A stretch of 62,286 nucleotides of DNA, counting the filler, from Globobulimina sp. (taxonomy: Eukaryota): NCBI GenBank assembly GCA_003354225.1. It is 36 parts of 36 records of this genome, joined end to end, with 100 filler letters (N's around TTAATTAATTAA, not from the genome) between each part and the next. Parts side by side here need not be neighbours in the genome. Positions count along the whole stretch, not along the records: positions 1 to 1,637 come from PIVH01013782.1; positions 1,738 to 3,374 come from PIVH01013783.1; positions 3,475 to 5,111 come from PIVH01013784.1; positions 5,212 to 6,848 come from PIVH01013785.1; positions 6,949 to 8,585 come from PIVH01013786.1; positions 8,686 to 10,322 come from PIVH01013787.1; 30 more parts are not named here. The stretch is one strand, 5' to 3'. The notes under the pieces are model-generated. The model ran no database searches and had not been told where the DNA came from. It worked only from the letters and a program-made list of their open reading frames with translations. Shown here piece by piece: positions 1-10,321 of this stretch; position 1 is the stretch's first letter; each line of letters begins with the position of its first letter. The translations under genes were made by a program, and so were the position numbers.

Positions 1-1635
1 CAAGGCACTTAGCCATCCACTAAATTTGTATTCAGGCCACCAGAAAACTCGTTGAAGATCAAATAGTCCCTTCTTTACCGCCAATTCTACTTCTGGATGT
101 TTTTGACTGAAGACATTTCGAAGAGCTTGTTTGTCTTGGTCGGCTGCAATCATGAACTTGACAATGCGGGGGTTCTCGAAGAAATCAACCCACTCAGGTG
201 CCATACTTCCAGTTCCGTCCGTTGGCTGCACGACAAAGGTAAGGCCGCCTGGCGCTGCCACTTGCATTGCTGCCATGTACGGACCTTTCTTGTCTTGTTT
301 TGAGTAGTCCATTCCAAGTCGATCGAATCTTCGTACTTCATGGATTGCTTTTCGAACATCCACAGACAGATTTTGTTGATTTCCGCTTCCGTCTTCTTCC
401 CGGTAGTCACCGCCTCTCTTATGTATCCCCCATCCACGTGGGTATCCCATATGTAATAAGAATGCTCTTTGCACTTCTTCTGGATGATCGAGAGCCGTGT
501 GATCCAAATCAAGTAAATAATTTCTAGCTCTATACAATCGACAAGGTTCCCATTTAGTATTCATAAATTCTCCATCAAATCCAACAAAAGAAAATTCCCC
601 ATCTCCAATCGTTTGTCCAATTGCTGCTCTGAGTGTAACTAAGCAGTCAGGACTGTTCATATCAGGAAAATGCAAAATCCTCTCAGTGTTGTTTGGGGGC
701 TGTAACAACAGTCTTATTGTAGCCCACCGAGCAGAACCGAGATTCATGTATGCTAATTGAAAGTCCTCTGCAACCCAATTAATGTCGAATAATCTCATTT
801 GCAAATTAGCTTGTTTAATCATATCAGGATGATTTAGATCTCTAATCTTGTTTGTAGCAATTACTCGGTCTGGTCCTTGAATAATAAATGGTGTTATTTC
901 ATCATTAAGTTGGCTAGGATCATATGAAAGTGGAAATGCTCGTAACATCGGATAATCTACCCATTTGCCTGGTTCGGTTGGCTCAAGTATTTGTCTTGCA
1001 TGTGCAGCTGCCATTCCTGTCCCCAAACATCTAGGCGTTGCTGTAATAGACACTGGATCCACAACATATCTTGAATTTGGATCATTAGGATCAGCCTTAA
1101 CATACACCACTGGCAATGGTGCAGGAAAAGTGTCCATATATCCTTGTGCTTCCAGAAAACAATGTCTTGAAGTCGTTGGTTTCATAAAGCCTTCCAATAT
1201 CACTCCAGGACCCAATTTCTTTTCCAATGGCTTCCAGATCTGTCTCATCAAATTGGCCGGTCTCGGCTTGACGAGCTCAGATAATCTGTCAGCAAATGCA
1301 GGTTTTTCTGGATGTAAATATTTCAATTGAGCTTCTGGTAACGGTTCTCTCCACAAAACGAAAGGTTCTTCTACAAAAGGCAATGGTTTAGCCCAAGCAT
1401 GATAATGACCACTATTTGACCTTGGTGGTGCTGTGGGTCGAGTTACTCTTCCGAATGTTAGTCCTCCATCTCCCACTGGTGGTTCATCAGTTGGTGGAAT
1501 AACCATCCGACGTGGAAGATATTTACTCCCTCCGACTGCTCCTTCTTCATCACTGTCATCACTAGAATCCGGAGATCGACGTCGAGATCCCGATGCTTTA
1601 TCCGTCTGGAGTACAAGAGGATCATCGTCGAGTTC
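1..1635 (-). CDS. Partial large protein with a DEDDy 3'-5' exonuclease domain (WRN/RNase D/Mut-7-like), open at both ends
   Basis: Manual translation gives 545 codons with no stop. Motifs: FVGFDGEF (ExoI), AAMQVAAPGGLTFVVQ, FFENPRIVKFMIAADQDKQAL (ExoII), GLFDLQ. Confidence 0.75.
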
Positions 1636-1637
1636 TT

Positions 1638-1737
1638 NNNNNNNNNNNNNNNNNNNNNNNNNNNNNNNNNNNNNNNNNNNNTTAATTAATTAANNNNNNN
1701 NNNNNNNNNNNNNNNNNNNNNNNNNNNNNNNNNNNNN
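1638..1737. other. Artificial contig spacer N44-TTAATTAATTAA-N44 (35 copies in the window, about every 1737 bp)
   Basis: An identical 100-nt linker with stops in all six frames recurs. Contig lengths step down 1637>1636>1635, indicating a length-sorted concatenation. Confidence 0.99.
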
Positions 1738-1778
1738 GATTAATCATTGTTTTATTTGTATTCTATGCCCCTCCACAA

Positions 1779-2183
1779 TTGTATTTTTCTTTATATTTTT
1801 ATCATTTTTTTGTTGGCCGTGGATTAACATTTTTATTCATTGGCACTGTAATATTAACATTCGGCGACGACTTCTCTGTGGCAACGGGCGTAATCACCAT
1901 TATCATTTCTTTCGTGTATTTTGTATTATCGATATGGACTAAATTCTGTAATTTAGGCTGTTCTTTGCCGCCACCACTCGTTCAACGCCAAACTGGTGTC
2001 ATCCCACCAAAAGACTCTACAATAAATTATCCACAAACACACCACAACGCTCCCAATCAGCATCAGACAACTCCCAATCAGTTAAATTCATACTATTTGT
2101 TGTCTATAATCCTTCTGTTTCTGTGTCCGCATTTTCAGCAACACATTGGAATGAATTTGATATGCATTTTTGTTGTAAATTAA
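1779..2183 (+). CDS. COPI-associated/TVP15-like Golgi membrane protein, C-terminal part
   Basis: FFVGRGLTFLFIG motif followed by TM helices. The start is missing. Confidence 0.5.
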   Translation: MYFSLYFYHFFVGRGLTFLFIGTVILTFGDDFSVATGVITIIISFVYFVLSIWTKFCNLGCSLPPPLVQRQTGVIPPKDSTINYPQTHHNAPNQHQTTPNQLNSYYLLSIILLFLCPHFQQHIGMNLICIFVVN

Positions 2184-2193
2184 AAGGCCGAAA

Positions 2194-2751
2194 GTGAGGG
2201 ATTTAGATTCTGAAATAGCGGCGGCATTTGGTAAAGATTTGAATAGTATGAACAAGCAGAAAGTGAATGGCTATGATGCGGAGATACCGCTTGTTTTGGT
2301 AATGTTGGAAGAGAGGTTATTTGACAGCGGGGGTTATAAAAAAAAGGGCATATTTGATCCGAAAATAATAGCATGGAAAATGGAAAACGATAATGACGAA
2401 TCTTACTCAGTGTCGAATAATATTATTTTATTTTTTAGTGAGATGCCAAGTCCTTTATTGAGTTTTGTGGATAGAAAAGTGTTTGAAAAGGGAGTGAGTC
2501 CCGATGCAATGTGGAGAGTTTTAGAAGGCATTGACGTGGAACATGCCGCAGTTACACAATTTCTATGGGATATTTTAGCCAAAGTCGCGAAATTTGAATC
2601 CGATACGGATATGAATTCAGAACAATTGGGTGCTATATTTGGACCGACAATGACAATGAGCAAACATGATATTGATAATGATGTGGTGGCTGCCACGAAA
2701 ATGAGTGTTTGTTGGAGAACAGGCATTGAATGGAGGATGGCTAAACTTTGA
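2194..2751 (+). CDS. RhoGAP-domain protein, divergent
   Basis: IPLVL...GIFD...FFSEMPSPLL...MNSEQLGAIFGPTM matches RhoGAP blocks. Confidence 0.7.
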   Translation: MRDLDSEIAAAFGKDLNSMNKQKVNGYDAEIPLVLVMLEERLFDSGGYKKKGIFDPKIIAWKMENDNDESYSVSNNIILFFSEMPSPLLSFVDRKVFEKGVSPDAMWRVLEGIDVEHAAVTQFLWDILAKVAKFESDTDMNSEQLGAIFGPTMTMSKHDIDNDVVAATKMSVCWRTGIEWRMAKL

Positions 2752-2979
2752 ATGTGCTAAAAATAATTGTAAATTGTACAGAGCCGATCAATGTTTTTCG
2801 CCTTTGACCTCTAACATTTTCTATTTCGAGGGGCACGTTCAGTGTTAGTGAGGCTAATAACTTTTGCTGCGCCATTTTCAAGCTGATTTTTTTTTATTGA
2901 ATGTACTTGATTTCAAGAAATCATCCCCACAAATTATATACAAACTAATTATAATAACAATCAAATAAAACATTGCAAT

Positions 2980-3374
2980 GTGACGTGCAGCACATGCAAT
3001 ATTGATACAAATGGTAGTATTTTAAATAAAATTAAATATGAATGGATTTGCCCGCGTGAGGATTGTAGGGGCGGTCCATGGCTTACATTAACTGGTTTTA
3101 TTAAACATTTTAAGAGAATTAAGAATAATTGTGCACAGCATCAAAATAACAATGATATCTATGGTACATTTCATATTAAGCCGTGTAACGAAAATACGTG
3201 CAATAACTATACAAAAACGGTTAAAAATTTAGTTTTCAAATATAAAAGAATTAACAACGACGTTGGCGGATATTGTGCGGGTTGTTCATTATTGAATCGC
3301 TCGAATAACATAAAAAACGGCACCGGCGAATTACAGAAATATAATTGTATCGACTCCATCAATTTATTGCGTAC
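2980..3374 (+). CDS. Cys/His-rich zinc-finger protein N-terminus, possibly the 5' end of a non-LTR retrotransposon ORF
   Basis: CPREDC...GFIKHFKR (C2H2-like), CNENTC and CAGC. Runs off the contig. Confidence 0.35.
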
Positions 3375-5224
3375 NNNNNNNNNNNNNNNNNNNNNNNNNN
3401 NNNNNNNNNNNNNNNNNNTTAATTAATTAANNNNNNNNNNNNNNNNNNNNNNNNNNNNNNNNNNNNNNNNNNNNACTAAACAGCACATACGGGAATAAGA
3501 ATGAACGTTATATAAACCAGCAGCAAGCTCAAGTCAAGTTTAAGATATCGATCTGTCGAGAAGCGACAGCAGAGACATGTCTAACGGGCAGGAAACAAAA
3601 CAAACAGCAAAACCGGTCCTGGCATTTACCAAGCATGTCGTCTGCACGACATTCCTCCCCCCATGAAATAAGTGGAAAACCACGAACCCATGGAAGTGGA
3701 ACACAGCTTAGGCGACAACTTGACAACTGACAGACAATATAAATACAAAAATACATCAATAACACATATTACAATAATTAAATAGGGGAAAAATACAAAA
3801 ATATCTAGCATTTACATATTACTGCACGACACAACAAAAAATGGTAATGTGCGAAAAACTGTTTTTGTTGCCTAAATTCAAAAATGAATTTTGAGTTTGT
3901 TAACATTTTACAAATTATACAATAATATATGGTCGTCCTTTAACAGTCCAATGGCCGCAGGCATTATCCAATGATGGTATACAAAATCCAACGTGATAAT
4001 ATCCAAATCCCTCCTCCCATGTGAAAAGTGAAAGGCCTAAAATAAACTAAATACATACAGGGGATTTAATTGAAACAAAAAAAACCTACTCTAAAAGAAA
4101 AACTATTGTATACAGATTAGTGGGTTATATGGTATGATAAAAATATTAAGCCACGCGTTACTGTGACAGCCATATTATTGATAAAAGGAGAATAATAAAC
4201 ACTACCTAAAATGCCGGGAAAAAAAAGCATATAATCAATAGTGAATCCAGGAGAATCGTCCAATCCATAGAAATAGAGAGCGTCCGGGGGTAGCAAAACA
4301 ATTCCGTCGGCACTGGCTGCACACATTCTGGGGCATCTCAGAATATACCAAATAGGTTCGAATGCTGACCAATTGCAATACCACACGTAGCCACAGATGG
4401 AAAAATCATATTTGAGTCTGTCATGGTTCATTAGATCGAATATACCATATCATGTTAACCAAAAGCAATTTTAGATCAATAATAAGAAATTCAAAAAGCG
4501 AAAGTATAGTAATTTTTAGACTTAAAAAACTATGGTAACCATATCTAGAAAGGGTCAAGTGTACATATAACGGTACAGTTAAAAAGCAACATAGGTACAT
4601 TACCAAAACAGGGGGATCCACTAAACTTACTGTATACCAGCGCTATTCAGACAGGATATCGACAAACCAACCAAGATGGGAAAATCGCACCATAATCCGT
4701 CAACCAAATTGTCAATACCATAACCACAACCAATCATCCATCTCCACTGTCCAGTAAGCAAAGGTTCCAGAGCCGAGAGGGCAACCCTTGTAATGATCCA
4801 TTTCTTTGAAAACGGCACAGTACAAATAGTATGTACAACAAGGACAAAAACGAGGACAGACAACATGCAAATAATTCTATCCATTATCACAAAAAGATGG
4901 GAAGAAAAAGTGCAAGCAAAACAGAGACACAAAAAAAACATCAAAATGCACAAAAACAGAGTATCAGCAAGCATATATTCATGGTCGAATAATATTCAGG
5001 ATCGAACTTCATAATTGTCCATTCCTATCAGGCTGCAGCTATTAATGATCTAAAATGCTGAAAATCGTGCAAAATACAAAGTTGCATGCAAACAAGATCG
5101 AAAATAATAGGNNNNNNNNNNNNNNNNNNNNNNNNNNNNNNNNNNNNNNNNNNNNTTAATTAATTAANNNNNNNNNNNNNNNNNNNNNNNNNNNNNNNNN
5201 NNNNNNNNNNNGATATATACACAA

Positions 5225-6848
5225 ATGTCGCACTCTAATTTTATATCAGATGATACACTAAAATTATCTGAAAACGTTGAATGTCAAAAAATGCTAAATA
5301 AATTAGGAGATAATTTCCCAGAAAGAGAGCAAATTGTATTATCCTTGGAATTAATAAAAATAAATAAAAGGGGCAGAGAACAAACACGCATATTATTATT
5401 AACAGATAAAGCTTTATACAATTTAAAACCGAAAGAATTAAAAAAATGTCAACGAAGAATCAGTATCGAAAAGATTGTATCCATAACAACCTCCACATCA
5501 TCGCCAGAATTCGCAATCCATATTCCAGATGAATATGATTATAGATATAAATCGCACAAATATAAAGACCGTATAATTGCTGTCTTATCAGAATTACATC
5601 GCAGAACAAGTGGTAAAAATATAAATATTAAAAAAATAAACACTGAGTCAACTGAACAATATATTGTCCCCAAAAATGCCGCCAGGATTTTAACGCGAGA
5701 ACAACGACTAAAACGTTATCGGGAATTAATCGGTAAAGATACCTACGAAGACGAACTAAATGATATCACCAACAGCAAAATTAAAATGGTACCCATTAAA
5801 GGAATGGATGCTATTAAAGTGAAACCGAATGATTTTGAGTTTTTAAGAGTAATCGGCCGTGGCTCATTTGGCAAAGTTATGCAAGTTAAAAAAAAAGATG
5901 ACGAGAAAATATATGCTATGAAAATCTTAAAAAAAAAGCAAATTATCGACACGAAGCAAGTGGGTCATACCAACGCTGAAAATAAAATATTACGCAGCTT
6001 ACAACATCCTTTTTTGATGCATTTACGCTTTGCTTTCCAGACAGACTCAAAGCTATATCTCGTATTGGATTATTATCGCGGCGGAGAACTATTTTTTCAT
6101 TTAAAAAACAAGCGAAGATTCAGTGAGCGACAGGGACAGTTTTTCGTGGCTGAGGTTGGTATGGCATTGGGCCATTTGCATAGTTTGGACTTTATTTATC
6201 GAGACTTGAAGCCGGAGAATATATTGCTAGATTGCAGCGGTCATATTTGTTTAACTGATTTTGGACTATCAAAGGATGTCAGTAACGGAGCGTTACATTC
6301 TTACTCTTTTTGTGGTACTCCGGAATACTTAGCCCCAGAGATAGTGTGCAGTTTAGGTCACGGCAAGCCAGTGGATTGGTGGGCGTTAGGTATATTATTA
6401 TACGAATTGACGGTTGGTATCCCTCCCTTTTATAGTACCAATGTGCATGAAATGTATAGGAAAATACAAGAAGCGCCGCTGCTGTTTCCTCCACATTTGT
6501 CAAATAAATGCAAGGATTTAGTGACAAAGTTGTTGGAAAGAAATGCGAAAAAAAGGTTAGGTGCTGGGAAAGGCTCATTTGATGATATACAGAAACATGC
6601 GTTTTTTAAAAATATTAATTGGAATAAATTGTATAATAAAGAGATTGAGCCACCGTATAAACCAAATGTGAAAGGAGATGATAAGTCAGTTCCGGAATGT
6701 TTTGATGATATATTTTTAAATGAAATAGTAAAGGATACGCCTGCTGTTGTTCCTGTTATTAGTACACAGAATAAAGTGAATAGTGATGAGGATGGAGATG
6801 GATTCATTGGATTTACGTATAAACCACAAACAGTTCTTGCACCGATGT
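5225..6848 (+). CDS. AGC Ser/Thr kinase (Akt/SGK/S6K-like) with N-terminal myosin-I TH1/PH-like domain
   Basis: GRGSFG, YAMK, YRDLKPEN, DFG, FCGTPEYLAPE and hydrophobic motif FIGFTY. N-terminus KINKRGREQTRILLLTDKALY...EYDYRY. Confidence 0.93.
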
Positions 6849-6998
6849 NNNNNNNNNNNNNNNNNNNNNNNNNNNNNNNNNNNNNNNNNNNNTTAATTAA
6901 TTAANNNNNNNNNNNNNNNNNNNNNNNNNNNNNNNNNNNNNNNNNNNNACAAATTCTGACCATATCTGTGTGGTAAAAATGTGCTGTACTACCTGCAG

Positions 6999-8345
6999 AG
7001 TGACATTCTATCCAAACATGGCAAGTTGGAGGAGGCCGCAGATGCTGTGGAGCGCGCTTTGTATCGTTTGGAATGTGGTTTGCATTCTCGGTTTTCATTC
7101 ACAGCCAGCGACTGCCGATTGGATTACTCCTTAATTGAAAACCGCAGCTTTTTCCTTTGTCTATGGAAATACTCTCAAAATTTAGGACGGAGAGGCTGTG
7201 TGCATTCCGCTTTTGAATTAACTAAAAGTTTGTTGTCGTTGTCACCGATACAAGACCCGCTGTGCAGTTTGCTGTGTTTAGATTATTGGGCTCTGAGAGC
7301 AATTGAATACGAATGGATGTTAGATTTCGCGCACTCTTTCAAAATAAATATATTTAGCAACAGTGGCAATGATTTGGATGGAATGGATGCACTGCGAATG
7401 TATCCGAATTGGTGTTATTCAGTGGCATTCGCCAAATATCAAATTGAACACAAAGAATCATACCACATTAAAAAGAATAAATATACGCAACAATATAGGT
7501 TTGGAGATTGTGATAATGGCAGAATACCGATGGATTTGTCAGTGACTGCGGGTTTGAGTGCATCTATTTTGATGCAACAGGCCATATTGATGTTTCCTGA
7601 GGTGATTGGCCCATTGCTGCACAAGGCAAATGAGAGAGTGCTGGGGCAGTCACAGTGGAAATCTGTCATGCAAAATGAATATTATTTAAAAGCAAAACTA
7701 CGACGGAATGAGATTGCTTCCATTGACAAATTGTGCAGGATTTACAGTGAGAGAGCACATGCTTTGTGGAATAATGATGCTTTATTGCAATGGTTATGGA
7801 AGCATTGTAGGTTTGTATTGCAGCGATTGGACAATCCGCGGTCATTTAAAGTTGTCGAGGATGATATGGATGGAATAAAAAAGGTGGATAATGGTAATGA
7901 TGATGGATTGGTTGAGTTTGAATTGGAAGATTTGAGCGTGTTTAATGGAATAAGGGATTCGGTTTATGATAGGACTAAAAGTGGGAAACGGAAAGGGAAT
8001 AAATTTCAGATGTTGGATGTTAATGAGTTTAGTGATGTGATCACCACTTTGCCTGTTGAAGAATTGCCGGATGCTTTGATGAGACCACAGACGATAAATA
8101 TAAATGATTTGCAAAATTTGAACGGAGATGAATTGAATCATGTGGTCGACCAATTGTTAGCAGCGGGGATTGAATTACCAGCTGAAATTCAACAAAGGTT
8201 AAACCAAGGGCAGCATTTACAAAATCAAAATGTTTTGAGCGCGATGTTATATTCTATGATGCCTTGGGTAAATCCAATAATAAGCAATCCACCGTCCAAT
8301 CGCAATAATGAGCAAAAAGATAATGACGAGGATGACAATCAATGA
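6999..8345 (+). CDS. TCF25: Ribosome quality control protein TCF25/Rqc1, 3' exon
   Basis: ENRSFFLCLWKY...GRRGCVHSAFELTKSLLSLSP..DPLCSLLCLDYWAL...PNWCYS...AILMFP. Probable acceptor CAG at 6996-6998. Confidence 0.85.
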   Translation, partial: SDILSKHGKLEEAADAVERALYRLECGLHSRFSFTASDCRLDYSLIENRSFFLCLWKYSQNLGRRGCVHSAFELTKSLLSLSPIQDPLCSLLCLDYWALRAIEYEWMLDFAHSFKINIFSNSGNDLDGMDALRMYPNWCYSVAFAKYQIEHKESYHIKKNKYTQQYRFGDCDNGRIPMDLSVTAGLSASILMQQAILMFPEVIGPLLHKANERVLGQSQWKSVMQNEYYLKAKLRRNEIASIDKLCRIYSERAHALWNNDALLQWLWKHCRFVLQRLDNPRSFKVVEDDMDGIKKVDNGNDDGLVEFELEDLSVFNGIRDSVYDRTKSGKRKGNKFQMLDVNEFSDVITTLPVEELPDALMRPQTININDLQNLNGDELNHVVDQLLAAGIELPAEIQQRLNQGQHLQNQNVLSAMLYSMMPWVNPIISNPPSNRNNEQKDNDEDDNQ

Positions 8346-8474
8346 GACTATTCATGTTAATTATCTTCTAATTTAGAAAGAGGTTCGAGCTTTTGATTTA
8401 AATTTGAATGTTAACAGTTTTGACGATTTTTGTCCTTGCACATATTTCACTGTATCGGTTCCGAAGCTCAAATA

Positions 8475-8585
8475 ATGTTTGCTACGTCGACAATTATCAT
8501 TTGTGTCTTACCTTCAATACTGATGCATACATCTGCACAAACTGCAGAATATGATGTGATCATAATGGGTGCCGGTGCCAGCGGA
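8475..8585 (+). CDS. Secreted FAD-dependent oxidoreductase (amine oxidase-like), N-terminal fragment
   Basis: Signal-peptide-like N-terminus, then YDVIIMGAGASG (GxGxxG). Confidence 0.7.
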
Positions 8586-8702
8586 NNNNNNNNNNNNNNN
8601 NNNNNNNNNNNNNNNNNNNNNNNNNNNNNTTAATTAATTAANNNNNNNNNNNNNNNNNNNNNNNNNNNNNNNNNNNNNNNNNNNNGTTTCGTTTCATTTC
8701 AA

Positions 8703-8783
8703 CGATTAGCAAAGTTTTTGGGTTAGCTAGAGTGGTTTTCAACCTAGTATTCGAAGTTGACCTAGTATTCGATGACCTAGTAA
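8703..8783. repeat. Interspersed repeat end: about 40-bp arm plus CCTAGTATTCG array
   Basis: GTTTTTGGGTTAGCTAGAGTGGTTTTCAA is nearly the reverse complement of the arms at about 27848-27887 and 29211-29251. The CCTAGTATTCGAAGTTGACCTAGTA motif is shared. Confidence 0.85.
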
Positions 8784-8900
8784 TCCTACTATACCTTCTA
8801 GTTGATCAATATTGAGCAAAATCAAGGTTAAATAGGAAAACTATAAGGATTTTGAGGATTTTGAGTTTTAAAGTGCAAATTTTCATTTCCTTTGTTATGC

Positions 8901-10016
8901 TCATTTACTGCAAATCACAATTATTTTAGATTTAGGCCGACCATTCTTGACAAGTGACGGAAATATACAATATTGTATGTCATTGTTAGCATTCTTTCTT
9001 TCCTTTTCGTGAATATTTGCATCGTACTGCTTATGAATATTATCATCTTCGCAATCAAAATACATTTCCAATGGAAATAACTGGTATTTACAATGAATAA
9101 CATTCCATATTATTTGACAACATTTTACAGAAAACAGTTTCTATCCATTATTAATAACATCGTCATTCAAACAAGTATCATATCGTTGAAATACTGTTTT
9201 GGTGATCGCATCAACCATATCTTGCAAATATCCTCCTAAATATTCATACATTTCTTTATTAATCAATGTTAATGCTTCCATATTCAATAAAATCACATTT
9301 ATTATATTTGAACTTTTGTCAAACTTTCGTTCCTTGTATTGTTTATTCATGCAATTATACGAAGCAACCAACAAATCAAATAATATGCAATACGCAATAA
9401 TTTCCATATTTTCATCAGTTTCATCACCATTTTTGCATAACAGATCAAACATATTTTTATGACATTGTTTCATCAAAAACCAATGCTCAATCATCTCATC
9501 TTCAAATCGATGAAATAAAATCAATGGCTCCGTTTTGTGAGATGTATGAATCCTATATTTGGCAAAATCGATTTGTAACTTTTTTAACCATTCTGTTCTC
9601 TCCAATTGTTTGAATTCAATCTCATTTATTTCATCATCTGTACTCTCGATATCTTCCACTTCAATCTCCTCAGTTAAAACAACAATATTTTCCTTATCGT
9701 CATCATCTTTCCCATAATCAGAAATAATTTGTTGTTCTTTAGATAGTAAATTAGCAGTCTCTGCTAAATCTAATATTTGATTTTTTAATGCATTATTTGC
9801 AGATTGTATTGCTGATATCTTTGATGATGTAGTCATATCCATCACTGATACATATTTTTCTTTCAATTCAATATTTGTTTTTGTTAATGCAATGCATTTA
9901 TTCTGTAACGATTCACATTGACTTCGTAACAATTTAATTGTTTTATCCTTTTCCACACATTGTTTTTGTAATAATTCTAACACTGAACTCAGTGAACTGT
10001 CGGATGGTTTGTTCAT
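8901..10016 (-). CDS. Coiled-coil protein with a MIEAP-C-like C-terminal domain, interrupted by an in-frame TAG at 9141-9143
   Basis: The frame continues 79 sense codons after the TAG: KCCQIIWNVI...YDANIH...IQYCIFPSLV...SKIIVIC. Confidence 0.55.
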
Positions 10017-10152
10017 TAGTATTTAAAAAAGCTTTAACTAAACCTCAAGCTCAAAAATTAAAAGTATTGAATCGAATTGAGAAATGAAAAACAGTACACA
10101 TAAAATGGAAAATAGAGTCATAGTGTCAATTATATTGTTAAGTATATCAATT

Positions 10153-10321
10153 TAATTATAATTAGTAGTTTCAACGCCAGCTTCTTCGTCTGTCGGTGCT
10201 GGGCTATAAGTTGAAGCATTCCTGTCATCCATAACAAAATATGCTAACCATACCATCCCACATAATAAGACTCCAAATAAACAAATAAATACAAGTGAAG
10301 TAATAAACCACGCATCATCGG
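10153..10321 (-). CDS. C-terminal fragment of a membrane protein
   Basis: Open from the contig end: LLCGMVWLAYFVMDDRNASTYSPAPTDEEAGVETTNYN*. Confidence 0.45.

Noticed and set aside
97-1693. Short ORF-track calls in contig 1
   Set aside because: Shadows of the single long minus-strand ORF.
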